A stretch of 64,000 nt of DNA from positions 13,330,001 through 13,394,000 of the forward strand of contig NC_047071.1 of NCBI RefSeq assembly GCF_902459465.1, read 5' to 3'. Source of the stretch: Asterias rubens. Lineage: Eukaryota. The notes under the pieces were generated by a model that had not been told where the DNA came from, did not search any database, and saw nothing but the letters and a program-made list of their open reading frames with translations. This document shows positions 48,722 to 63,091 of the stretch, piece after piece; position 1 is the stretch's first letter, and each line of letters starts with the position of its first letter. Made by a program: the position numbers and the translations under genes.

Positions 48722-51700
48722 TTACAACTTAGCTTTTGCCACTAGGAGCTGACTTATCTTCTGTAGCAACATGATGTTACCTTTGACCTTTAATCGACCT
48801 GTCATGAACGCCTGTTGAATAAACAAAAAATGAGGTCAATGTTAGTGGGTTATAACCATGGTAATAGACTGGTTGTATACATGTTGTTTTTAATTGTATT
48901 TCACGAGCAATAAAGCATTTAGCTGCAATTCATGTTGTTTTAATGAAATCAAATCACATTATGAAATTAATTATGAAATCAAATGAAATACCCTTGGGAG
49001 ACACAGATGTTTTTTTTGTTAAATATGGCCACAAAGTGGTTAGGGCACAAATAATCTAGAATAACTTCCGCTGCTTCCCGCTCTAGAAATGTTTTCTTTG
49101 TTCCAACCCCAAATCATTTTAAATTTTACCCTGTCAGTTTCCCTTGTGGTTTGTAATATTTGACAAAGAAACACTTCTCTCAAAAAAAGAATTCTCCGTC
49201 ATGAAAATCCTCTTGGTTTTAAAAAATGCATTTAACACACAACATTTAACATTCAAAGGTTTCCAAAGTGTCTTGTGCCATGAATGGCTAGACCAGGATG
49301 TGAACCCCACTTCGTGTATAGCGACCATTACTCAACTCACCTGCTGTCCACTCAGTTTACCGCTGACTAAATCCACAAAATCAGCATCTGCGATGGTAAC
49401 GGTCACGTTACTTTTACCGGTCTTGGGTTGTCCTTTGTAAACAGCACCACCCGCTGTTTTCAGATCAAGGGCTAGAAGAAGAACCAGAATATCTCAAAAT
49501 CTTTCGTTTGACGATCACGAGTTAAAAACTAACATGCTTGTCATAATCTCAGAGTGAATATATACGTTTGGTCATCCCTCTTCAAATTAATGGCATCAGA
49601 AACTTAATGGTGATAAGTGCAGCAGCTTTTAATATGATTATTCTAAAGTATTTTGAGAATCATTTCACTTTGAATAAGTGTGGTCATGGAAACAGGTATC
49701 AGTTTTTATTCCCCACAATTTGAATCTTAGAAAACTTATTGTAATACATTTCTCAGATTGTATTCCAACTTAGTATTATTCTTCCTGCCTGAACATAATC
49801 ACTCCGGATTTTCAGTAATATCTATAAAAAAAAAAAACATGACACTTTTTGAAACGAAATTTTCACAGGTTAGTTAATGAAAGTGTATAGATTCCCAAAA
49901 TGCTGCTGTGGGCTTCCAACCAATAGTAGTTATTGCCATTAATGGGAAGGTACACGTTTGGTAATAGCGAAAGACCAGTCTTCTCACTTGGTGTATCCCA
50001 TCATAACCATAAAATAACAAGCCTGTGAAAATTTGGGCTCAATGGGTCATCGAAGTTGCAAGAAAATGATGAAATAAACCCATCCCTTGTTGGACAAACT
50101 TGTGTGCTTTCAGATAGGAATAAAAGACTTCTAGCAAGCAGTCTTTTATTATTTTAGCGAGAAATTACCTCTTTCTCAAAATCTATGCTATTTCAGAGGG
50201 AGCCGTTTCCCACAATGTTTTATACTCGCAACAGGCTGTCCAATGCTCGTTACCAAGTCAGTTTTTAAGTTAATAATTGTTTTGAGTAATTACCAAACGT
50301 GTTCACTCCCTTTAAGAGTGATTACCAAAGATATACCTTCCCTGCATAAAAATGAACATAACATGGCAGCTAGGCTGGTAACCTATTTCCGCTAAGCAAT
50401 CATTTTCTGTCCTACACGATTTTGTCCGTGTAAATCGTCACCCAGGAATGGCGCTGTACTTACTCCACTGACTGGCTTCTTTACCATCCTTAGTGATGAT
50501 GTACAAGAAGATTCCTTTGGCTTTCTTCACAAGATCTGGATGCTCAGAAATCTGTCGGCCAAGTTCTTGGAAGAGAACGTCCGAAGCTAAACTACTCTCT
50601 GCTGCAGCTGGCTGTAAAAGATAGACAGCAAAATTAGTTATAACGGCTTGCAAACTGTGAATTGAAGAAAGCAAGTGTGGCAGAAATTTACAGTGCCTAC
50701 AACCCATCTCCCCGAGCTAGTCATTACTGGGCAGTGACGTTCGGTTCGTGATAATAATAAAACAAATAATAATAATGAAAACTAATCAAGCGCACAAATC
50801 CATACAAGTGCTCATGGCACTAAATACAAACAATAAACATACACATGTTCAATAACCAAAGTTAAAACGTAAGCCTAAACCTAAGAAGAAATTAAGAACA
50901 TGTAGTAGAGATATACATATAATTTTATGCCATATCTAAGAAAACAATGAAGGGTAAAAAACAAACCATTTACTCAAATACTTGATTGAAAAGATATGTC
51001 TTAAGATTTTTTAAATTGGGTTAAAGACACGGATGATTTAATACTGACATACACCTTTCTTAATATTTATTCATAAATACCCCAGACAGTTTCTATCACA
51101 CGGCAATTTGAACCTGCCGGCTTTAAACGGCCGTGTAAGAACTCGCCGCTACCCTTTTATTCCCTTATTAAATATGCATGGCATCATTATTGTAATCCAA
51201 AACAATACAATACAGTACAATACAATAAAGTTGTGGGAAATTTCTTAAGTTAAAAAGAGGTTAAACGAACAATGTAGAAAGAGTAGGCCTAAACAGAAAG
51301 TTAAAAGGTAAACCCTAGAAAGACAAAAGGGCGGATCCTGGAAAAAAAATACACCATACAACAACAACAACAACAACAACAATAAAAGGTATTGTAAAGA
51401 CTGTAAAGACAGTGGGGCTACCATCCCAGCCATATCTTATTGGGCCCCCCTGCCACCTTTCAATGTTGGTTCTGATTGCCAGTCTTCTGCGTTCCAGTCA
51501 ACAATGAGCGTGGGTACGGGGGACGGGGGAGAGAATGATTATTGTCAGTGGATGGGAAGTGTACAGGGAATGGTTTTATGTAACGTTAGGTATGGGTGGT
51601 AGAGACACAGGAAGGAAGCCTGTCCTCTAATTAAAAAGGCAGGCTTTTGCCAAAATACAATCAATATAATAAATGCAATCAATAACGTCTAAAGATAATA

Positions 51701-52981
51701 AATAAATCTCTCCGGTACAGGTTTAAATCCTTCAAACCTATAGCACACAATATACAAAAAATCACAAAAATCCAAAATAGTACAAACATTACACAATGCA
51801 CAGTCAAAGGTCACAAAAAGTTCAGCACACACAAGGCTGGCTAGTGCTACACGCACACATGGGACTGCCAATGGGTTACAAATCACAGTAACTCGGGTAT
51901 ACAGTGAGATTGTAAACATAAAATAGAACCATTGCATATGACATCACACTCTCAAAAAGGGGTCAGATCAAGAGACAATAGCTGTTCTCTGTACGTAAAA
52001 ACGTGTGCGTGACCTCAGCAAACCTGTAGCCTTTCTCGTTATTCAAGGGGGAGCTATTGATTTCTTACACAATACAGAACGCGCCAGAACAATGCGCGTA
52101 ATTTTGGGTGTCAACTCTCTTTAGTTTGTACACGATTTTGACACCCAAAATAACATCCAGGATAGGCACATGTGAGTTTACTGCGCGAATAGCAAGGGGT
52201 CTATACTCATGAATAGATCCATGAACTTATCCCCCACAGATAAATAGATTTTGGAGCATGGCCAGAGCCATGCTCCCAACAAAAATATAGAGCATGAAAA
52301 CACCCCCAAAAATTGCTCTCTCAAAGACGAACTATAATGGAAACAGAGAATGATTCATCACCACAGGACGACCCCAAAGTTAACTTTCTGCAAGTTCAAC
52401 ACCGAGGGCGCACTTGGGATCCCTACAGTACCATCGCTCACCATTCTAGATGCCCACTGTATAACTTTAATGGCAGCCAGAACAAAGATACAAGGCCACA
52501 CAGGCACGCGCACCAATAGGTGATCACAGATTTCGCAGCTGTGATTGCTCAATGATAAAATTGGGTGGGGCTTCCTGGTAAGGTAAACGCTTTCCCGTTT
52601 TGTATGCGCCCACTTACCTCAACCACAGTCGGTTGTGGAGCAAGGTTGATGAGATCCACATAAGCACCTGATATTACAACAGTTCCAGTCTCTGCCACCT
52701 GATGACAACATTGATAAAAATACATTTCATGAATGTTATATTAATTTGTCAATCTTATGGGACCTTAGCAGTAAGTTGATGATAAAAGAATAGAAACGCA
52801 TGGCTTTGGTTAAAGGCAAAGTTAAAGGTAAAGTTTAAAGGAAAAGTATATCTTTTTTTTTAACTAATGAATTTTCACTTGTAAACAAGGTACTTTCAGT
52901 CAGTGGCTGCCAACCATGCATTTGTTTTTAATAATAAACCAGAATAATAATATTACCTTCCCAATAAGGCACGAGGCATCT

Positions 52982-53012
<31 letters not shown>

Positions 53013-56000
53013 GCTGCCCTTCCCAGGGTTAAAGGGCAAAGACACCTTTGGTTTTTAGAACTGTTCAGTTATTTTAATCGTATAGGCCTATAAATGCAGA
53101 GCAGAGCTAACCCAGAACTATTTCAGACTAAATATATACTTCATACACAAGTTAAATTTTTCAATACAAACAGCAAATCAATATGTTTTATGCAGTGTGA
53201 CTTAGACTTGCAACCTCTCATATCTAAAAAAAATCTTACCTTCGTTTGGAAATGAATACGATTGCCCTCTCTCCACATATCAGTCTGGATAGTCTGGCCT
53301 GGTAGAACAGGCTTGGCAAACCGGCACTGAAATATCATAGCAATATAGAAGAGTTAAATACCAGACTTATTAGTCTGGCCTGGTAGAACAGGCTTGGCAA
53401 ACCGGCACTGAAATATCATAGCAATATAGAAGAGTTAAATACCAGACTTATTAGTCTGGCCTGGTAGAACAGGCTTGGCAAACCGGCACTGAAATATCAT
53501 AGCAATATAGAAGAGTTAAATACCAGACTTATTAGTCTGCCCTGGTAGAACAGGCTTGGCAAACCGGCACTGAAATATCATAGCAATATAGAAGAGTTAA
53601 ATACCAGACTTATTTTATTAGTCTGCCCTAGTAGAACAGGCTTGGCAAACCGGCACTGAAATATCATAGCAATATGGAAGAGTTAAATACCAGACTTATT
53701 AGTCTGCCCTGGTAGAACAGGCTTGGCAAACCGGCACTGAAATATCATAGCAATATAGAAGAGTTAAATAGTAGAACAGGCTTGTCAAAATGGCACTGAA
53801 GTAATATCATAACAATACAGAAGAGTTAAATACCAAACATGATAGCCTGCCCTGGTGGAACAGGCTAAACGAACGGGCACTGAAACTATCATAACAAAGA
53901 AGAGTTAAATAGTAGAACAGGCTTTGCAAAATTGGCACTGAAATATCATAACAACAAAGAAGAGTTAAATACCAAACTTGGTAGTCTGTACTAATAAAAC
54001 AGACTTGTCAAAACGGCACTGAATTAACATAGCAACAAAGTGGAGTTGAATACCAGACTTTATAGTCTGCCCAAGTAGAACAGGCACTGATAAAGAATAA
54101 CACCAAAGAGGCAAATACCAGACTTTACAGGTCCAATCATTGCTCTCCTTTCTGAAGAACCAATCAGCGCAGTGACTGACTCTACATTGAAACCTCTGAA
54201 CTCCTAAAAATAGGCCAATACCTCTCACCCTCTTCAGTCTCCTGATGATGACTAGAGCAAGCTAGTCGAACTGTTTAGATACAAACATGAGGTTACTGCA
54301 AACCAAATATACATTGATACCTCACCATGCAATGCCTCAAAAATCACATAAATATTACCAGAAATCTTTAGCTATTAACAGATTGTTCGTCTTATTCTAT
54401 TAAATTTGTCTAAAATATTACTCCTTATGATAAAGTAGTTCAGTTTCCATGAAGAGGAAATGCACAAACCTTGACCGCCTTGAACTTATTGACATCATTA
54501 TCAGCAAACTGCTTCAAAACGTGACGACATGAAAAACCAAACGAACACAATCCGTGCAGGATGGGTTTGGAAAAACCTATCAAGTAGAAATAAATCGAAG
54601 GTCATAAAAAAGTTTCGGGGAAGATAACCAGAGTATACTGTTTGAAACGTCAAGACCACACCGGCTGCTTTCAGAGCCAGCACTCCCACAAAAGAGATTT
54701 AATACTTGGTTGTGCCAATAAGTTTACTTTTTATTTATAGTTAGTTTTTATTATTCACATCATGTAAAGCTTAAAACGTCACTTACTTCAATTAAACTAA
54801 AAGCTAAAAGTAATAAATAAGATTGTGGTGTATAATCCTAGTATCCCTGAGTGCTGTGAAAAAAATTCACAGATAAATCACTCAGGTGGGGTTCGAACCC
54901 ACAACCTTTGTTAGGGCAGATGTCTTACCACTAGACCACGGAGCTAGGCTGATGGCTAGGAGTAATTCAAAATTTTAATCCTGGTGCAAATGTCTTACTA
55001 CTAGATCACCACGCTAACCCGGGGGCTAGTAGAGGCAGTTCAAATCCTCAGCAGGATGTTAACTTTTTACATCAGGGATAAAGAATATTTAGGTTGAAAT
55101 TGTTTCTACTTTTCTTTATTAAAACTTACTTGAATGAATGAATAAATGAATGTATTTACTTGCACTTTCAGGTTCATAATTAATCAATTTATTTGAACAG
55201 ACCGATTTGAACTTACCACCCATAGCAGCAAATGCTGGATCGATATGCAGTGGGTTCGGATCTCCAGTCAGTCTATAGAGGGCCGCTTGGTCAACAGATG
55301 TCTTCTCCTTCATCGATGCATCGGGAGATCGAGATGGTGGCTTGACAGTCAACTATGGAATAAACAGGTGAATAGTCAGCAGCAGGCCCGATACTTCACG
55401 GAGGCAACAAAGGTGATTGCCTCTATGCCCCCTGCTGTCGATTTCACCAAACTCTTCCTAACTTTAGATTAATCTTGGGGCTTAGGACACGTCCCAATCC
55501 TGCACTGTAGCATGCAGACCTTAAGATTAATCCTAAGTTACGACGAGTTACTCGTCCTAACTCGAGATAAGACGAGTCCTAACTCTTTGTGAAATCGACC
55601 CCTGGTCATTGCCTTGGTGCCCTTGAAGAGCACCTGTAGAAATTTATTATTTTCTCATAGGGTGCCCTTTACCAGGGAGAAAATGCCTCGGTGCACCAGG
55701 CCCTTTCAAAAACAGGGCAAATATTTGGGGCAAACAAATTCAAAAGACTGCAAGGTGGCCCTCGACAAAGAAAAAATTGAAAAAAGCAAGTTCAGAGATA
55801 TTTTTCCACAAAAACGGGTTGAAAGTGTAAAAAGAGGCCCACATAGGGCACATTACATTCACATCCATACATAGTATGCCTTTGAATCTTTGAAATGGAA
55901 AAGTAACCCTCAATTTACTCCAAAATGATCTTATATAAGAAACAAATATTTCTGAGTTAGGCTTTTTTGCCATGGAAGGGCTGAGGGCTTGTAACTCAAA

Positions 56001-59000
56001 ATCTTTACCGGACAAGAATTGCTTTTACAAGAGCCCACTCTTAATGAGTTAAAAAACACTAAGAGATGACCTGTCTCATTTGTCTTATGTTATCGTTAAG
56101 TAGTTTGTGATACTCAACAGAGTTGGATGTTATTTGTCAGATTCATAGGAAAACAGTTTTTCACAAAGATATTACACAATGAGGTATTTTCATTCAATTG
56201 AAAAACACAAGACAAACAAAACTGTTTGTAGTGGAGTTAACAGGCCTGGTGCTAAAATCTCTAGCCTAGGATCTGCGTCCCAGTGTTAAGTTCAGGAAGA
56301 TACATTTTTTTAATTGTGAACAAAAATCTCAAAATGCTGGGCAGTTCGAGTACAAAACGAGGAAGAAAAGGGAGCAATGCAAAGTTCAGATAAAAAAAAA
56401 TTTTCACCTTGGCTTTTTCAGATTTGTTCCTTCCGCCAAATCCACCAGCTCCTACAAGAAATATTGCAGTTTGGCTGAGAGACAGAAGTTCCTTGTTCTC
56501 GTTGTATGCCTTGGCTGTAAAACGAAGCAAACAGAAACAGGCAGTTATATAACAGCCAGGGATGTGTTTTTGCCTTCAAGGTGTTACCGCAAACATTACT
56601 TTCGGTTTAGATATACCGTTGCTGATTTTGATTGTCGCAACTATACTCCTAAAATAAAAATGTTAATTCTCGCCAGAATGTGGCCACTTCTTGATGAAAC
56701 TTATATAATGTGGTTGGATGGTATATTTGATGTAAACTAGAGAAGCAAAACAAATTTAACAGTCTGTATTATCTCTGCAGAGATCAATCATACTACAGTT
56801 GCAGCCACAGCAATAAGCCATAAGCCAAAGCCACAAGACCTCCATTATGCTGCCACAACCAGGGGCCGATTTCACTAACGTCTATGTTTGCGATCATTGC
56901 TAACACACTTGCGATGAGATCGCAAACCTCAAATCCATCGCAATTGCGATGTCGCTAATTCTGCGTTTCACTAAAGTCATCGCAATTGCGATGACGTTAA
57001 AAGGGAAATAAAGTTTTTGTACGAGGCTAAAAGTAGTGACCTTTGACATCCCGCGACAAAATCGTCGGTCGTCGCTCGAAATGAAATGGCATTGTGCAGT
57101 TTATATGTAAATCGTTGTCATGTTGGTGCATACGAACTATTGTGGACGATGTTTAGGCATTCATTTACAAAGGGTTAAAGCATTTATAGGCCTATGGCCT
57201 CTATTATAATTTTAGATTTTAATAAACAGTTTTCGTAAATCTGTTGTAACGGTGGGATTGATGAAAATTCTGACATATCTGTCTAATAATACTAAGCTTC
57301 ACACTGTCAATTTGCCAACACATTACACATTTTTTCTAAAAATGATGGTCAAAATAATCAAACCCATATAGTATCAGATCTCCTTTTTACCGATATTAAG
57401 GGGCTCTATGCTGCAGTTACGTCGCTGATAGTTGTCATCGGCAATCTGAGTCTACCAGGTAAAAGACCGCAAGACTAAAATAATGTAGCGCCACTCATTT
57501 TACTCTAAATCACGGACAATTTATACGTCAAAACGTACACCGCTATAGCTATAAGCACATAATGGTGCAATGTATCATAAGTTTGCGATGAACTTTTACT
57601 TTGCGACCACTAACATGTCATCACAAGATTGTCATCGCTAAATAAAACTTTGCGACGAGTATATTCATCAATAAGTTTGAGTGAAATCATCGGCTAAAAA
57701 TCCATCGCAAAGTTGCAATGGATTTTAGATTTAGCGATCGATTTCGACGTTTGCGATGACCAAAACGCGTTAGTGAAATGGGCCCCAGGGCTCATATTTT
57801 CACACTGAACCACCACCCCGAGGCCAGTGACTTCAGTGTGGGGCAATATCTTTCAATCCTACATAGTATCACCCATAAAACACAAGAGAAAAGGCCTTTT
57901 CACACTACCAAAAATCTCCGTGTTGGACACGGATACGATCCGGATAATGTGCATTGACCTTTTCATACTACAACTTTTCAAGACGGTGTTGATCCGGATA
58001 TGGCGCATTATCCGTGTCGAAACCAACCCTGCCCGAGAGGTGGGTTGATAAATCTCTATCCTTGTCGAAGATTCCAACACGGATCGAACACCGTAGTGTG
58101 AACACCTCTGGGTTTATTTTCGATCCGTGTTGAGTGTGCGTGGCGCCATCCATCCATCCACACTACAGTTGTCCAGCGCGTCAGAAAAACTGCGTACAAA
58201 AGGCGCTGCGTACATAAAAAGTAGCCGCGTCCTGCTTCGTTCCGTGTAAGACCTTGCAGTGTGAAACGGTCGCACAATATCGGGATTGAAAGTTACACGT
58301 GTAACCAAAAAGCTGATTTCGCGCAGAGCTAGTGTGAAAGCGAAGCTGTTTGTATCCGTGTTGAAATTTTACAAAACCATCACGGACCCTACCCGGATAA
58401 GGTTCGACACGGATAGAAGGTCACTAGTGTTAAAAGGCCTATAAATCGTCTCTTAGTGTTTGTACAAATAAAACAGTATAGATGCTATAACTGTATTCTC
58501 ATTTTGAATCTATTCTCTTTTCAGTTTGATTCTGGTCTTGCAATTTAAATCCTGGTTCAGTAAAGATTCTGGATCCCCCCCCCCCCCCGAGTTTGAGCAG
58601 ACACAATACCATTAATATATAACTGTAACAAGAACTCGGACTATCTCTACCTTTAAGCCTCGCGGTTTTGGAAAACTTGACTCAAATGGCAAATAAATAC
58701 TAGTGGCCAACCAATAAAACCATTTAATCAGCTTACTTTCAGTCAGTATTAAAGCACCAGAGCCCTTATCTACGATATCAGCAATCTGTGACTGGGCAGT
58801 CAGGGTACCAGATGTAGGCATTGGTTTGAATACTTCTAAGTATTCCTCCCCATGAAGAATCTGTGGATGAATAAAACATTGGATTTCATTAGAATGAAAC
58901 TACTGCCATAATAATAAAAATAATAATATTTATAAAGCGGCTTTAACAATGATCAAAGCGCTGAGTACAATAACAAGAACAATACAAAGAAACAAGAAAA

Positions 59001-62000
59001 ACAAAACAACAAAGGGATAATGACGAGGCTGACTGAAAAAAAAGGTTTTGAGGTTTACAGGTTTGTCTTAAAGATGGTAGTAACACTATAAGAGCTTTCT
59101 ATTCCAAGATTGGAAAACTATGTGGCCCTGTTTTGGTAAGACAAAGTAAGCCTTTCTTTTTTGGGGGGGTCTGGTCCAGCCATTCAATTTCATCAATTGA
59201 AATAGATAGTAGAAATTTAACTCGAGTGTATATTCGTGAATGCCCATAATTGCAATAGAATGACTGACACGAATCTGAATGTGAAGAAAGAAATCATGCG
59301 TGCACAAAAACAAAATGTAATGCATTAATAGCTAGAAAGAAACCCTAGTTTTGGGCGAATTATGAAGAAAAGAATTTGAATGCATGTCAATGACATTGAG
59401 TGAATTTTTACTGAAACTAGCTGGGAAAACCTATTATTAGTACTGACCTTTGTCATGTCAATATCCCTTAAACCAGGTATTCCACCCAGGAATAAGTGGC
59501 CCATTCCTTTAATTCCAAGAAGGACAGCAAACGAGGGCAGAGTGCAGAAATCTTCATTGAGTTCAAATAAGAACTTGAGATGATCCGGTTGGGATGTAGA
59601 GGCACCAACTGAACCAAAGTAAAACAAAAACATTCCTCATCAAAACCAAAGTCAACCATTGGACAAATATCTGGAGAATAACGCAAACTCTTTGGATTAT
59701 CATTAGATTATTAGGCTCTGCAGTAGTCAGATATAAACTGAGGGTAGTAATAATAATAATAATAATTTATTCATTTTTATTGCGCCCATTCCATAAAATG
59801 TACACAATCGCATAACAAAAAAACAGGAAAATATACAGTAAAAGTAATACAGTGTAGGTTTTGAGGCATTGCATGGTGATGTATCAATATATATCTGGTT
59901 TGGGGTAACACCATGTGTGTGCTGCTGTGTAGATTTTGTTCTTTGAGAACTTTTCTTGCCTGGTATTTATACTACTACCTCAGAGTAGATTTTGGAATTC
60001 GGGAGACTACTTAGTTCTGAAAAGATCTGTCCTGCTGATAAACTACTACCTGGGCAGAAGATAGGAAATCGCCCAAGAGTACTAACTTTGCTTTTTGGAT
60101 CGAGGGGACTTCTTGTTTTCAACTTCACTGCTAAAAGGTTGAGACCAATAAGTAAGAACTAGTTAAAAGCTCCAAAATCTACTCCGCGGCAGTAGAATAA
60201 ATAGTTAAACAAGTTCTCTCAGAACAAAATTTACATAGCTAAGTAGACACACAAATGGTGTTACCGCAAACTGAATATATACAAACTTGCAACAGTATTA
60301 GGCTTTAAATGGTTCATGGAACCTCTAAGACAGAAACCTACCTCCTAAGGCATAAAGTATTACATCGTTGGGTGTGTAGGAGAATTGTGCACTTGGAAAC
60401 TTCTGTCCAATGGCCAGGCTCTATAGATAAGAAACCGGTCACAACCGATATTATTAGTATTCATTTTTGTTTACCTAACACAGATGGAACCTGCCTCTAG
60501 CCACCGGGCTAGCTTTGTGGTCTAGTGGTAAATACAAAGGTTGTTGGTTTCGAGTTCCACTCAAGTGATTTGTTCTATGGGTTTTTTTCTTCCAAAGAAC
60601 TTGAGGAAAGTACCGAGTGTACACTGCTGCTTAAAGCCATTGGACACTTTCGGTAAACAGTGTTGTCCAAAGGCCCACACTTCGTGTATCACAACTTATA
60701 TATAAAATAACAAACCTGTGAAAATTTAGGCTCAATCGGTCATCTGAGTCGGGAGAAAATAGCGGGAAAACCCACCTTTGTTTCCACACTTACGCGGTGT
60801 CATGACATGTGTTTACTAAAATCCGTAACTCTCGTTGTCGAGAATTGATAATTGTTTTAATGTTTTCTCAAAAAGTAAAGCATCTCATGGAATAATAATT
60901 CAACAGAAGTCTTTTATCATTACCTTCTGTAAACCCTGTAAGTTATTTGTAAATCTGTGAACTTTTATTTTTGTTACTGTACCGAAAGTGTATAAAGGCT
61001 TTAATAAATATTGGTTTATGGGTAAACAAAAACTATATTATTTATCCCCAATGCAAAATAAAAATCTATTAAATGTTGCCTTCTTCAAGACCAAAACTGT
61101 CATGACTAGGATTCAGACCGTTGCTGCTGACAACACCAATGCTTCGGTTTGGTGAACTAGACTGCTCGGCCACAACACGCCATAAGTGAATACAACAGAG
61201 ACAATTTTTCACTTGAATAACATAGAAAAAACCACAGTACAGGTGAATACAACAAATTTATCACTTTAATAAACGTACCGGATTGAATCCATCTTCTTCT
61301 GCCGAGGTCGTTGACCTTGTAATATCACGTTTGGCATTTTCAAATGATTGCACAACTAACACTGTAGAATCTGCGCATCAGAAAGAAATGAGAGTCAATA
61401 AGAATCTGCGTGAAGCCAGGGTTATAAAAATCTTGTTGATTTGTCCAAATTCAAATTGGGACTATGTTAGGAAATCTTGGTGTAGGCAGGATGGCCGGAT
61501 AACATGTACAGTGTATCGTAACAAAACACGGAGATAAGAAAAGAATGGATGCTTTGCATGGTGCAGGATGTAAGGACTAAGAAGGCTTCTAGATGTAACA
61601 TACACATTCTAAGAGGAATGGTCGGGACAAAGTAGGGTCTTAATGTTTCAAAAGAGGTGCTCTGCTCGTCTGCAAGAGATTTTTGGAAACAAGGTCTGAA
61701 GGTCAAGATAAAGTAGGGTTTCAACATTTCAACAAGGTGATATCGTAAATTGTTTTGTTTGCTTGGAGCTGTATTCAGGGGGGGGGGGGGGGGGGGGGGG
61801 TGCAGGAAAGCCTGTTATCCCACAAATCCATAGAAATACAGACATACCTCCAGCTGCTGTGGGATAATGACAGGTACTCATGTCACCAACTGTTGACCAA
61901 CTGTCCCGAACTAAGAATAAGAAACAACGGCAGTTTCAAGTTAAATTTTAAAGAGTATACAAACAGTATATTTCATTAACTTGTGTTCATGTATTAATAA

Positions 62001-63091
62001 AACTTGGACTTTATAACAAACTTCTCTGTATCAATGCCTTCATACACTGTGGAAGTTACAGTTCTAATTATTTCCAAAGTACAAATACCCAGACTACAGT
62101 TTAATCCAGCCTCAATTTAGATAGTAATTCTAATGAAACAAAAATAATGACCAAACTTGATAATTGTTGTTATAACTTGAGTTTAACTGATTCAAACTAA
62201 TGGGAAACGGTAAGCTAAACTTAAATAAAGCATTGCATTAAAGGCAGTGGACACTATTGGTTATTCCTCAAAATAACTATTAGCATAAAACCTTACTTGG
62301 TAACGGGGAGCTGTTGATGGTATAAAACACTGAGAAACGGCTCCCTCTGAAGTAATGTAGTTTTCGAGAAAGAAGTAATGTTCCACGAATTTGATTTCGA
62401 GACCTCAGAATTAGATTTTGAGGTCTCGAAATCAAGCATCTGAAAGCACACAACTTCGTGTGACAAGGGTGTTTTTTCTTTTGTTACTATCTCGCAACTT
62501 TGACGACCAATCGAGCTCAAATGTTCACAGGTTTGTTATTTTACGCATGTGTTGATCGATACACCAAGTGGGAAGACTGGTCTTTGACAATTACCAAAAG
62601 TGTCCAGTGTCTTTAAAGCTTATAATGCAAAATGAGATAAACAGTGATTTTGAGTATGCAGGGTACACTTTAACCTTTAACTTTAATGTTCAACTTTAAC
62701 CTGACCTTACATATCTTCACATGATCAGTACCCAATTTCATAGGGCCTATAAGCCAAAAAACTTGCTAAGCTCTTTGCTGTTTTTTTCAATGTTTTTAAC
62801 CTAATTAATGTGTATTATTGTACCTTTTATTCCCAAGAAATCAAATAAATATAAATATAAATAAAATAGTATCGCCTAGAAGAAACAGGTTATATTATGT
62901 TTGCATTGTTGTGGCTGGTGCCCCACTATTTGTTTGCTTAGCAAAGAAATTTGTCAGGCAATATTTTCTGCTTAACAGCTCATTGAAATTGGGCCCAGGG
63001 TAGTACACTAACTGTTCAGACTTACCATTTTCTGGTGTGAGTTTTGCTGCTTCTGTTGCAAACACTACTCCCTCTGCCCTCTGGAATTTGA
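48722..63091 (-). CDS. HSD17B4: Peroxisomal multifunctional enzyme type 2 (end of dehydrogenase, hydratase-2, SCP2); 5' exons lie beyond the window
   Basis: Exons 63026-63091, 61848-61910, 61279-61370, 60342-60420, 59448-59608, 58737-58860, 56408-56514, 55217-55352, 54470-54576, 53240-53326, 52618-52698, 50464-50611, 49341-49471, 48722-48811. Motifs [68 protein letters not shown], and C-terminal AKL (PTS1). Confidence 0.96.
49939..50315 (-). mobile_element. TTAA-type MITE, family A variant
   Basis: Homologous to 16161-16536. Confidence 0.7.
53290..54130 (-). repeat. 81-bp tandem repeat copying an HSD17B4 3' splice site plus the first 36 exon bases
   Basis: TAGTCTG(G/C)CC unit starts at 53290 (true exon), 53371, 53452, 53533, 53619 and 53700; more diverged copies to about 54130. 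Confidence 0.92.
56863..57785. mobile_element. 923-bp Harbinger-like non-autonomous element with CAG TSD
   Basis: TIR GGGCC(G/C)ATTTCACTAACG; CAG at 56860-56862 and 57786-57788; internal TTGCGATG/CATCGCAA repeats. Confidence 0.75.
57892..58440. mobile_element. MITE-like element with GGCC-type TIR
   Basis: AGGCCTTTTCACACTA / TAGTGTTAAAAGGCCT; internal ACACGGAT/ATCCGTGT repeats. Confidence 0.65.
60631..61004 (-). mobile_element. TTAA-flanked MITE, family B
   Basis: Homologous to 25286-25650. Confidence 0.75.
62238..62616 (+). mobile_element. TTAA-flanked MITE, family A (full length)
   Basis: Both TIRs and both TTAA ends present. Confidence 0.78.

Noticed and set aside
47332-54130. Regular arrays (66-bp and 81-bp) as CRISPR-like loci
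   Set aside because: No unique spacers, eukaryotic context, no cas genes.
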